From contig CAVVXH010000011.1 in NCBI GenBank assembly GCA_963752155.1, forward strand, positions 160,001-224,000: DNA of 64,000 bases, read 5' to 3'. Positions 9,026-19,809 of the stretch are shown here, in pieces (within the stretch, counting starts at the first letter, position 1; each line of letters begins with the position of its first letter). This DNA is from an uncultured Parachlamydiaceae bacterium. Its GTDB lineage: Bacteria > Chlamydiota > Chlamydiia > Chlamydiales > Parachlamydiaceae. The position numbers and the translations under genes were made by a program. The notes below the pieces were generated by a model. It was given only the letters and a program-made list of their open reading frames with translations, had not been told where the DNA came from and ran no database searches.

Positions 9026-10282
9026 CTACGCAATATCCTCTTTAGTCTGACTTCTCAGAATATTTCCGATGAAGATCAACGTATCTTCGATAAGATCCTT
9101 AAATTGAAGATCTTTTTTCCTAGCATTTAAAAATGCACCCAGCTTAAAGTTATCATCGAGAGCTTCTTTAAACGTATCTTCGACGGTACTCACCTCTTCT
9201 GATAGAGTTGCCAACATATGCTCCTCTTTAAGATCACCGTAGTAACCATATGCCGTTAAACCATAATTTAGCCTTTGAAAGCACTCCCTTTCATCGGTAC
9301 TCAATCTAATACTAGCATCATTGATTATGTCTAAATAATCTTTTCCTAGGTTAATTGCCTCGTCTTTCAGTTCTGTTTCGAAGTCAACTTCTTCAAAACT
9401 CAATTTTAGTTCCGGATCAATATTTTCCAAATCTATATCAACAACATCCTCAATCGCTTCCTTTTTCAATTCTTCCAATTTGATTGCATCAGTTGCAGGA
9501 CTTACCACAGGATTTCCTTTCAATTGACTTGCTAATTTTTCATCAGATTCTTGTAAATACTTCGTTAATGGATCTTCAGGTTCTTTCTCAACAGGCTTTT
9601 GTAAATCCTTATCTTTTTCTGGTTCCTCTAAAGTCTCTTTCACATCTTTCTTTATTGTTGTTTGATTCTTTGGGTGTTTTTTCGACTTCTTTAATTCTTC
9701 TAAATTAATCTCTGTATCTTTGGGATCCTCTACTTCTCTTTTTGGTTCAGTGGGTGATTTTTCCTTGGGATTCCCCAAAACTAAATTTTTATAACTTTCT
9801 GCATACAAATCATCTAATTCCTTAAATCTTGCAGCCTTGACTACATTCTTATTTTGTTTATCTAATTCATCTTTTTTAATGTTTTCTTGGCTTTGATAGT
9901 AGTCATAGTTAACAGTTTTATTAACAACATCGGATTCGAAAATTTTTGAAGCGTTTAATTTTTGATCTTTACCTACAGTCCATTTTATCGACTTTACAAC
10001 ACTCTTATTCCCCTCAGGACCTTTTCTCTTTTCATTTAATCCCATATGAGTAGAAATCGTAAGCATTTTATCAATAATTTTATCATTAAAACTATTCAAA
10101 TAATTAGTGTTAATCTCGTTATCTTGAATACCTCCGAAATGAACTGTCATTTTATAAGACTTTCCATTTGGCAAACTAATTATTCGTTCAGCATAATCTT
10201 TTTTTACAATAAATTTGTTGATTTTTCCTATACTTTCAAAATTTACTTGAGGTTTAAGATTTATCGGCGTTGATGATTGCAT
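9026..10282 (-). CDS. Lys/Glu-rich hypothetical protein, possible secreted effector
   Basis: 418-aa ORF; Ser/Thr/Pro/Asn-rich N-terminus; aagga upstream; low GC. Confidence 0.7.
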   Translation of the reverse strand: MQSSTPINLKPQVNFESIGKINKFIVKKDYAERIISLPNGKSYKMTVHFGGIQDNEINTNYLNSFNDKIIDKMLTISTHMGLNEKRKGPEGNKSVVKSIKWTVGKDQKLNASKIFESDVVNKTVNYDYYQSQENIKKDELDKQNKNVVKAARFKELDDLYAESYKNLVLGNPKEKSPTEPKREVEDPKDTEINLEELKKSKKHPKNQTTIKKDVKETLEEPEKDKDLQKPVEKEPEDPLTKYLQESDEKLASQLKGNPVVSPATDAIKLEELKKEAIEDVVDIDLENIDPELKLSFEEVDFETELKDEAINLGKDYLDIINDASIRLSTDERECFQRLNYGLTAYGYYGDLKEEHMLATLSEEVSTVEDTFKEALDDNFKLGAFLNARKKDLQFKDLIEDTLIFIGNILRSQTKEDIA

Positions 10283-10453
10283 ATATTTCCTTTGTTTGAT
10301 AAATGTTTTTACAATATATTTTTTTCCTATAATTATTATGCCATAAAATTACAATTTAATCAAGTAGTAAATATTTTTTAAATAATTTGTGTAGTTGTCA
10401 ATATATATATCAAGAACAACGAAGTACTAAAACAGAAAGTTTAATTTTTTAAC

Positions 10454-10859
10454 CAAAGCGAGACAGTTGCCTGCGGCGCCCCCTATCGGGAAATAACAGA
10501 TTTTTAAAGCGCCTTGCCATTGGTGCCTGACCTGATATTCTGACATTTGCCGATGCGATAACATTGCTTCCTAAAAGGCAAATGTCAGAATGTCAGGTCT
10601 GGAACCAAGGCTGGTACGTTACCTCCAAGATTTACGCAACTGAAAAAAGCGTCGTTTTCAATTAATAACAAGATACTAAATTCTGAGAGGTAATGTTTAG
10701 CCTTGGTTCCAGACCTGACATTCTGACATTTGCCCTCCTGGGAGGTTACGTTATCATTGTAGGCAAATGTCAGAATATCAGGTCAGGCACCAATGGCAAG
10801 GCGCTTTAAAAATCTGTTATTTCCCGATAGGGGGCGCCGCAGGCAACTGTCTCGCTTTG
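10454..10859. mobile_element. Complete family A element, 406 bp, with perfect 98-bp terminal inverted repeats
   Basis: 10454-10551 is the reverse complement of 10762-10859; inner 36-bp inverted repeat at 10577-10612/10699-10734; interior is inverted relative to the 8010 copy. Confidence 0.9.
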
Positions 10860-11004
10860 CGTTAAAAAAACTATATTGACGTTCTGATTTCCTATGCCCT
10901 GGGAATCACCGGCAATTTATATTGCGAGCAAAAACAACTCCATCTATCATCCGTGAATAGGAACCACCAAATCCAAAAATCACTTATCCATTTATGATGA
11001 ATAG

Positions 11005-12309
<1,305 letters not shown>

Positions 12310-12324
12310 TCAAAGGCCTTCTGA

Positions 12325-14196
12325 ATGTCGTCTAAAGCCTATAAAATCAATCGATGGGGAAAGGGATACTTTTCGATCAATTCTAAAGGTCACGTGGCTG
12401 TTAATCCCGAGCATCACACGATGAGCGGTGATCTTTATAAATTAACCCTTTCCCTCGTCGAAAGAGGGATTGAACCTCCATTTTTAATCCGATTTAACGG
12501 CATTTTGCGAGATCGGATCCGTTATCTCAATGAAGCCTTTCAGAAAGCCATTTTACAATTTAATTACCAAAATACTTACCGTTTGACGTTTCCCATTAAG
12601 GTAAATCCCCAATTTCATGTGGTAGAAGTTGTACAGCAGGCTGGGCAAAAAGATTTAATTGGCCTTGAAGTTGGAAGTAAGCCTGAACTCATCGCAGTGA
12701 TGGCTCTAGAACATAATCCCGAAAGCCTATTGCTCTGCAATGGATACAAAGATCGAGAATTCATCTCTTTAGCCTTGATGACACGTAAGTTGGGAAGGAA
12801 TACAATCATCATCATCGAACAACTCTATGAATTAGATCTTGTTCTGTCCACCGCCAAAGAATTAAACATCGACGCCCAAATCGGGCTTCGGATGAAGCTG
12901 TCTCATACAGGCTCTGGACGTTGGAAATCGTCGGGTGGAGATCTTTCAAAATTCGGTTTATTTCCAAATGAAATTGTACAAGCTATTGATTTACTAAAAA
13001 AGCACGATAAAACACACTGGCTTAAACTTCTCCATTTTCACTTGGGAAGTCAAATTACTTCCATTAAAGCCATTAAAAATGCCCTGAAGGAAGGCGCACG
13101 CATGTACACAGAACTGGCAAAGGAACACCCTTCGTTGAATTATTTCGATGTTGGAGGAGGACTTGCCATCGACTACGATGGAACGATGAGCGCAACAAAT
13201 TCCTCCATGGACTATAGCCTCGAAGAATATGCCCGTGACGTTGTTTCAGAAATTGGGGAGGCCTGCACACTTGCGAAAGTTCGCGATCCGATCATTATCA
13301 CAGAATCGGGGCGTGCTGTCGCTTCACATCATTCAGTGTTAATTGTAGAAGTCATCGATGTCACTTCCAATGCTTATAAATTAGATTTATTGGAAGCTCC
13401 CCCTTCGCAACACGATCTCATTTTAGATCTTCTTGAAATGCAAAAACATTTGACTGACGAGAACTTTCGAGAAATCTTCCACGATGCCATGGAAGCAAAA
13501 GATCGCATACTCAATGAATTTATCTATGGGCATTTAAGTCTAAAGGAAAGAGCTTATTCCGAAAAAATCTACCGCATCCTGCTCTGCCAAATTAGAACAC
13601 TTCTAAATGCATCAAACGAAGCTTCGGAAGAAATGGCGTTTTTAGATAAATACCTACGTGAAACCTATTTTTGTAATTTTTCCGTATTTCAATCCTTACC
13701 GGATTCATGGGCCATCCAACAAATATTTCCTATCATGCCCATCCATCGTTTAAATGAAGCTGCGACTCATCAAGCTGTTTTAGCCGATATTAGTTGCGAT
13801 AGTGATGGGAAAATCGATGCGTTTGCCGGAGCCAAGCATCCGGAAAGCTATTTGATGCTTCATGAATATACCACTGAGCCTTATTATCTCGGTATCTTCC
13901 TAGTGGGAGCCTACCAGGAGATTCTAGGAGGCCTGCACAATTTATTTGGAGATACAAATGTCGTGCACGTTGAGCTAGATGAAAATGGAGAGTGGAAAAT
14001 ATTAAGACAGGTTGAAGGAGATACCATTGAGGAAGTGCTCAATTATGTGCAGTATCGCCCAGATCAACTGAGAGAAAGACTGGAAGAGCTCATTGAAAGT
14101 TCTCTAGAAATAGGTCTCCTTTCTCCCTTGGAGTCTGCTCAACTTAAACGCAAATTTAAACAAGCCCTAGAAAGCTATACCTATTTGGTGGTCTAA
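12325..14196 (+). CDS. speA: Biosynthetic PLP-dependent arginine decarboxylase
   Basis: FPIKVN, GLEVGSKPEL, HFHLGSQ, DVGGGL, DISCDSDG and GAYQEILG..HNLFG motifs. Confidence 0.96.
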   Translation: MSSKAYKINRWGKGYFSINSKGHVAVNPEHHTMSGDLYKLTLSLVERGIEPPFLIRFNGILRDRIRYLNEAFQKAILQFNYQNTYRLTFPIKVNPQFHVVEVVQQAGQKDLIGLEVGSKPELIAVMALEHNPESLLLCNGYKDREFISLALMTRKLGRNTIIIIEQLYELDLVLSTAKELNIDAQIGLRMKLSHTGSGRWKSSGGDLSKFGLFPNEIVQAIDLLKKHDKTHWLKLLHFHLGSQITSIKAIKNALKEGARMYTELAKEHPSLNYFDVGGGLAIDYDGTMSATNSSMDYSLEEYARDVVSEIGEACTLAKVRDPIIITESGRAVASHHSVLIVEVIDVTSNAYKLDLLEAPPSQHDLILDLLEMQKHLTDENFREIFHDAMEAKDRILNEFIYGHLSLKERAYSEKIYRILLCQIRTLLNASNEASEEMAFLDKYLRETYFCNFSVFQSLPDSWAIQQIFPIMPIHRLNEAATHQAVLADISCDSDGKIDAFAGAKHPESYLMLHEYTTEPYYLGIFLVGAYQEILGGLHNLFGDTNVVHVELDENGEWKILRQVEGDTIEEVLNYVQYRPDQLRERLEELIESSLEIGLLSPLESAQLKRKFKQALESYTYLVV

Positions 14197-15101
14197 TGAA
14201 AGAAATCATCCATGGACAAGGTCATGGGGTGGCCGGCAGATTTGCAGGTTTAGAAGCCCCGTATGGGCTCGAAAGCTCTGCAAAAATAGTTCTTCTTCCA
14301 GTCCCCTTCGATAAAACAACAACTTATCAAAAAGGCTCTAATTTAGGACCCGAAGCCATCATCGAAGCCTCCCGTCATCTTGAACTCTATGACATTGAAA
14401 CTGATTCTCAAGTCTATTTAGAAGGGATCTATACCGCCTCACCCGTTAAGGCCAACGATTCAAAAGAAATGCTCGATTCTACCTACTCAAGGACAAAACA
14501 ACTGATAGAACAAGGCAAATTTGTCGTGACAGTCGGAGGAGAGCATTCGATTTCCTATGCTCCTATTCGTGCGCACGCTGATCATTTTCAAAAAATATCG
14601 GTCTTGCAATTGGATGCTCACGCCGATTTACAACCTACGTACGAAAATAACCCCTGGAGCCATGCCTGTGTAATGGCCAGAGTGAAAGAACTTCCTAATG
14701 TGACCAAGAGGGTTGCAGTAGGTATTCGTAGCATGGCCATTGAAGAAATGGAAAATTTCGAAAAAGACAATACCTTTCTAGCCCATACACTTGAAGCCAA
14801 TGATGATTGGATGGACGCTGTCGTAGATAAGCTCACAAATCTCGTCTACATCACTTTTGATTTAGATGCTTTTGATTCTTCCCTGATGCCATCGACAGGC
14901 ACGCCTGAACCTGGAGGAATGCAATGGAACCAAACTTTTAGGCTGCTTAAGAAAGTCGCGCAGAAGAAAACAATCGTGGGCTTTGATGTCGTCGAGCTAT
15001 GCCCCATCCCCTCAATCAAGGCCCCAGACTACTTAGCAGCCAAGCTTATCTATAAGTTATTGACCTATGTATTCGCTTATTCAACCCAAAGAGGCAAATG
15101 A
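14196..15101 (+). CDS. speB: Agmatinase
   Basis: GGEHS, DAHAD, DLDAFD and TGTPEPGG ureohydrolase motifs; directly downstream of speA. Confidence 0.93.
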   Translation: MKEIIHGQGHGVAGRFAGLEAPYGLESSAKIVLLPVPFDKTTTYQKGSNLGPEAIIEASRHLELYDIETDSQVYLEGIYTASPVKANDSKEMLDSTYSRTKQLIEQGKFVVTVGGEHSISYAPIRAHADHFQKISVLQLDAHADLQPTYENNPWSHACVMARVKELPNVTKRVAVGIRSMAIEEMENFEKDNTFLAHTLEANDDWMDAVVDKLTNLVYITFDLDAFDSSLMPSTGTPEPGGMQWNQTFRLLKKVAQKKTIVGFDVVELCPIPSIKAPDYLAAKLIYKLLTYVFAYSTQRGK

Positions 15102-16063
15102 TGAAAATCCGTACGTTTATGCAAAATCATTTCAAACATTTCAATGCGGCTGTCTGTGTAGATGCTTCTGAAGCATGGATTAGGCATCTCGATGGCAAAG
15201 GGAAGATGTTGTTGACCCTTGCCGGGGCCATGAGCACTGCAGAATTGGGGATTTCGTTAGCTGAAATGATTCGACAAGACAAAGTCCATGCCATATGCTG
15301 CACAGGAGCCAATCTTGAAGAGGATATTTTTAATCTTATTGCCCATAAACACTATAAGCGTGTCCCCCACTACCGCTCTTTAAGCAAAGAAGATGAGCTG
15401 CAATTGTTAAATGAGGGGATGAATCGCGTCACCGACACCTGCATTCCAGAAGAAACTGCCATCCGACGCATTGAAAAGGAAGTTTTTAGCTTGTGGAAAG
15501 AGGCTGATACAAAGGGGAAAAGTTATTTTCCGCATGAAATCATGTATCAATTGCTCGACCTTCCTTCGATTCAAAACTCTTTTGAAATTGATCCCAAGAA
15601 CTCTTGGATGATTGCAGCCAAAGAGAAAAATTTACCGATTGTCACTCCCGGCTGGGAAGATTCAACTTTAGGAAACATTTTTACCGGTCACGTCATCAAA
15701 GGGAATATCAGCCGTTTTGGAGTGGTGAAAACTGGGCTGGAATACATGGCCTATTTGATTGAATGGTATAAAAAAGAATGTAGAGATCCGATAGGGTTCT
15801 TTCAAATCGGAGGAGGAATTGCCGGAGATTTTCCTATTTGCGTCGTCCCGCTCCTTCGGCAAGATTTAAATGAGCAAGTGCCCCTTTGGGCCTATTTTTG
15901 CCAAATCAGCGATTGCACGACATCCTATGGCTCCTATAGCGGTGCAGTTCCAAACGAAAAAATTACATGGTGTAAACTCTCTGTTGATACACCTAGCTTC
16001 ATCATTGAATCGGATGCCTCGATTGTGGCCCCGCTAGTGTTTGGGTATGTGTTGGACTTATAA
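15098..16063 (+). CDS. Deoxyhypusine synthase-like protein
   Basis: LAGAMSTAELG, TGANLEED, IGGGIAGD and YSGAVPNEKITWCK (catalytic-Lys region). Confidence 0.9.
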   Translation: MMKIRTFMQNHFKHFNAAVCVDASEAWIRHLDGKGKMLLTLAGAMSTAELGISLAEMIRQDKVHAICCTGANLEEDIFNLIAHKHYKRVPHYRSLSKEDELQLLNEGMNRVTDTCIPEETAIRRIEKEVFSLWKEADTKGKSYFPHEIMYQLLDLPSIQNSFEIDPKNSWMIAAKEKNLPIVTPGWEDSTLGNIFTGHVIKGNISRFGVVKTGLEYMAYLIEWYKKECRDPIGFFQIGGGIAGDFPICVVPLLRQDLNEQVPLWAYFCQISDCTTSYGSYSGAVPNEKITWCKLSVDTPSFIIESDASIVAPLVFGYVLDL

Positions 16064-17076
16064 TGAATGATGATACACTGCTGAATTTACCTTTAATCTT
16101 AGATGGGGAAGATAAAAGTTCCCCATTTGCCAATTCAATCAGAAAAAACTATCGTCACATTCGAAAATGGGCAAAGAGAACAATGACAAATGCCTTCAGG
16201 ATTTATGATAGAGAGGTCCCAAACTATCCTTTAGCCATCGATTTCTACGCTGGAAATTATTGTATACATTACTTTTCCCCTGTGCGAGACTGCAATGATC
16301 CTCCTGTAGAACTCATTGAAGAAACAGCAAAAGTATTGAAAATGGTTCTAGGAGCTTCTCCACATGAAATCTATTGGCGGACTCGAGCCAAAAATAAAGC
16401 GACTCGACAATATGAAAAAATAGGAAATTCTAAAGATTTTTTCACTGTTTTGGAATATGGGATCAAATTCAAAGTGAATTTGCTTGATTATCTTGACACA
16501 GGACTTTTTCTCGATCATCGAGAAATGAGACATTTAGTAGCCCTACAATCGAATGGTAAGCGCATTCTCAATCTTTTCGCCTACACCTGCTCTTTCAGCG
16601 TACATGCTGCGATGGGAGGAGCACTATTCACTAAAAGTGTCGACATGTCTAATACTTACACTGAGTGGGGTAAAGCCAATTTTGCTCTCAACGACATTTC
16701 ATTAAAAAATCATTCTATTGTGCGCGCTGATTGTCTGAAATTTTTAGATGAAGAAATTCATTCAAAAGAGACTTACGACATCATTATCATCGATCCTCCG
16801 ACAATTTCTCGCTCAAAAAAAATGGATCAACTTTTTGATATTCAAAATGATTATATTAGTTTACTTTCAAAAAGTTTAAAATTATTATCAAAAGAGGGAA
16901 CATTATTCTTTAGTACGAATTCGAAAAAATTTGTGCTTGACGAAACTTTTTTTCCGAACTGTCGGATAATCGAAATATCGGATAAAACCATTCCAATTGA
17001 TTTCCGCGATGCCAAAGTTCATCGTGTCTGGAAAATTCAGTCAACACGCTCAACCCAAAAGGCCCCTAAGGCATAA
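16063..17076 (+). CDS. Class I SAM-dependent rRNA methyltransferase (RlmK/RlmI-like)
   Basis: YLDTGLFLDHR, LNLFAYT, VDMSNTY and DPPT motifs. Confidence 0.88.
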   Translation: MNDDTLLNLPLILDGEDKSSPFANSIRKNYRHIRKWAKRTMTNAFRIYDREVPNYPLAIDFYAGNYCIHYFSPVRDCNDPPVELIEETAKVLKMVLGASPHEIYWRTRAKNKATRQYEKIGNSKDFFTVLEYGIKFKVNLLDYLDTGLFLDHREMRHLVALQSNGKRILNLFAYTCSFSVHAAMGGALFTKSVDMSNTYTEWGKANFALNDISLKNHSIVRADCLKFLDEEIHSKETYDIIIIDPPTISRSKKMDQLFDIQNDYISLLSKSLKLLSKEGTLFFSTNSKKFVLDETFFPNCRIIEISDKTIPIDFRDAKVHRVWKIQSTRSTQKAPKA

Positions 17077-17117
17077 GACTCGAAGGAGGAAGATTACACC
17101 CTCCTCCACATATACAA

Positions 17118-17621
17118 TTATGGTTTTTGAATTTTTACTATTTCACCAACGGTTTCATCAAGGCCTACTGAAGCAGATAAACTTATTGGACCGTTCACGG
17201 AATTAAAATAAATCATTTCATCTTTACAGAACTCATACCCAGGAAATTTTGTATTGATATCATACTCTGGAAAATATTTACAACATCTACCAACAAATTC
17301 CTTATACAACGATTTTGTAATGATTACTGCTATTTGTATACATTGATCATGCACAACAGGCAGCGAAATGGATCCTTCATACTTTCCTGCCATTTCCCTA
17401 TAATCCTTTATAAATAGTTCTGGCAAAAAATCGTTAATCGTTGCATTTGGATCTTGTTTTCTTATTTCCATTTTCATAAAATCTAATGCAACTGAACGCC
17501 ACCCTTTACTTACTTTAGAAACGGACATTACATCAAACGGACTAACTTCACTTAAGCAAGGTAATAACTCATCCCTTGCAGGTTGAGCATAAACAGTTTT
17601 AGCACAAACATCAGGTTCCAT
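17118..17621 (-). CDS. F-box-like protein
   Basis: LSEVSPFDVMSVSKVSKGWRSVA resembles an F-box; AAGGAG SD before MEPDV. Confidence 0.55.
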   Translation of the reverse strand: MEPDVCAKTVYAQPARDELLPCLSEVSPFDVMSVSKVSKGWRSVALDFMKMEIRKQDPNATINDFLPELFIKDYREMAGKYEGSISLPVVHDQCIQIAVIITKSLYKEFVGRCCKYFPEYDINTKFPGYEFCKDEMIYFNSVNGPISLSASVGLDETVGEIVKIQKP

Positions 17622-17773
17622 ATAACAACTCCTTTTATTTAAATTATTTAGACTACAGAATAATAATAGCATAAACATAAATTATTTTAAAATGAAAAAA
17701 TATATTTTTTTATTACCTGATTACCAAAAGGACGACAAGGCACTCAACGTCGATCAGTGCAACTTCAGGGGAT

Positions 17774-18005
17774 ATGAAATCAGAACATTTTAAATCTGGC
17801 GCTATTTCAAGTTGACTTAGTAAAAATTTTTGGAGTGCGTGTGGCTCTGCCACCGCGCGAGAGGTCTATTGCGAAAAGTCCATTAGGATAGGTAATAATC
17901 TTTAAAAACGACTTCTCGCGCGGTGGCAGAGCCACACGCACTCCAAAAATTTTTAACAAGTCAACTTGAAATAGCGCCAGATTCCACATAATGTTCTGAT
18001 TTCAT
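17774..18005. mobile_element. Palindromic element family B
   Basis: Arms atgaaatcagaacatt..tctggcgctatttcaagttgactt..ggagtgcgtgtggctctgccaccgcgcgaga and their reverse complement; copies at 40214 and 48964. Confidence 0.88.
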
Positions 18006-18116
18006 TATTGTCTTGCCGGACAAAAATGAGCGGGATTGCTAACCATGCAATGTTTTGATTGAGATAGAAATGAACAATCCTATACAAATAAAGGGAATTG
18101 TCAAAACGGAGGTATT

Positions 18117-19727
18117 ATGGAGACGCAAGCATTGGAATCTTATCTTGAACAAATGCGCGATTTAATTTTGCAAAAACAAGAAAATCTGTTAGAGGACGAT
18201 TCTGTGATCAGCCGCACAATTGACGAATTTAAATCTGCCATCACAAGAAGTCACTCCGATGAAGCCTTTTTCGAAGGGGAAAAGAATTTTTACGAAGGTA
18301 ATTACGAAAAAGCCTTGAAGCATTATTTAGAGGCTAAAGAATTACCTAATTTTCAGTTTTTTTGCTATAGGGCCTCCAGCTTAATTTCACAAGAAAGAGG
18401 ACTACATGAAAAGGCTCTTGAATATGCCCAGAAAGCTTACAAAATAGATGCCAAAGATCCTTCTTTGAAAAAATTATACGCCACCTTACACAATTTAGAA
18501 GCCACTCAAGAAATTCATCCAACAAATAGCGAAGAAGAACATTTAAATCATATTCAAACACACGAATATTCGTTGGCAGAAAGTGTTCAAGAGCATCAAA
18601 CCGGTGAGGTTGGATCTATGTTTGCTCCACGTAAATCAAAAGAAACAAACAGAGCATTCCTAGAAAGTTTTACAGACAACAATGAACTCGAAAGGCGCAT
18701 ACAATACTTCCAAAATATGCAATCAGAAAAAATGCATGCCTATCTCATGGATTCCGAACGGCAAAAACTAGATTATTCAAATAATTTACTTTGCATTTTA
18801 AATGGCTGGTCTTTTAGAGATCCTAAAGAGACACTTTTATTCACCGAAGAATCGCGAAAAAGCAATGGTGGACACTACTTGCGTTGGAATGGCAAGGGAA
18901 TTGCCATTAATCCAGGACCTGAATTTATGAAAAATTTTCATAATCAAGGTTTCAATATCAAAGATATCAATTTTGTAATTGTGACGCGCGGGTCTCGGGA
19001 AGCGTATGCCGATGTAAAAGCAATCTCAGAGTTAAATCAACAACTCAATAAGGCCTCTCCTGATAGGCAAATTATTCACTATTACTTGCACCAAAAAGTT
19101 TATCAACTACTAGCTTCCTCTTTAAAGCCTACATTTAAACAGGCACGCAATACAATCCATAAGCTGGAAATGTTCTTGGACTCACCAGATGTTGAAAAAA
19201 TCGAACTCGATGATGGTATTACCTTACATTATTTCTTAAATGCGATGTCTGACTCCCCACATCATTTTAGAGAGACAAACGAAGAACCCTCTTTCAACAG
19301 TTCGAATTTAGGAATACGTTTTGAATTAACGAATGAAAGCAAGAAGTTGAAGATTGGATATCTTTCCGGTCTAATCTGGTCGCCTTTGCTTCTCCATCAT
19401 TTAGGATATTGCGATCTTTTGCTGACCGGTTTTGGTAATACCTCATCCTCAGATTACTCTAGAATAGGGTACAACGAAGATTCATTAGGTTATTTCGGGA
19501 CTGCAACTCTCTTTGAAGAATTAGCGCCTCGCCTCATGTTACTTACAGAATTTGGCGGCCGAGAAGGGGATATCCGACTTGAGATCATCAAAAAATTGCG
19601 CAATGAACTGAACACTGCTTCTTCATTGCAAAAATCAACCCTATTACCTGCCGACATAGGGATGACAATAGACCTCAACTTTCTGCAAGTGAAATGTCTG
19701 ATCTCGGGAGACATCAGTAGACCCTAA
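18117..19727 (+). CDS. TPR protein with degenerate metallo-beta-lactamase-like C-terminal domain; probably frameshifted near the 3' end
   Basis: GEKNFYEGNYEKALKHY TPR; LRWNGKGIAINPG; an alternative frame continues to TAA at 19800. Confidence 0.7.
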   Translation: METQALESYLEQMRDLILQKQENLLEDDSVISRTIDEFKSAITRSHSDEAFFEGEKNFYEGNYEKALKHYLEAKELPNFQFFCYRASSLISQERGLHEKALEYAQKAYKIDAKDPSLKKLYATLHNLEATQEIHPTNSEEEHLNHIQTHEYSLAESVQEHQTGEVGSMFAPRKSKETNRAFLESFTDNNELERRIQYFQNMQSEKMHAYLMDSERQKLDYSNNLLCILNGWSFRDPKETLLFTEESRKSNGGHYLRWNGKGIAINPGPEFMKNFHNQGFNIKDINFVIVTRGSREAYADVKAISELNQQLNKASPDRQIIHYYLHQKVYQLLASSLKPTFKQARNTIHKLEMFLDSPDVEKIELDDGITLHYFLNAMSDSPHHFRETNEEPSFNSSNLGIRFELTNESKKLKIGYLSGLIWSPLLLHHLGYCDLLLTGFGNTSSSDYSRIGYNEDSLGYFGTATLFEELAPRLMLLTEFGGREGDIRLEIIKKLRNELNTASSLQKSTLLPADIGMTIDLNFLQVKCLISGDISRP

Positions 19728-19809
19728 TCATATCAATGTTGTGGCCCAAAACGATAGCTTTGGTCGATTAAATTATCTTTCAACTCATTATTGTGCCTAA
19801 AGGAGAATA

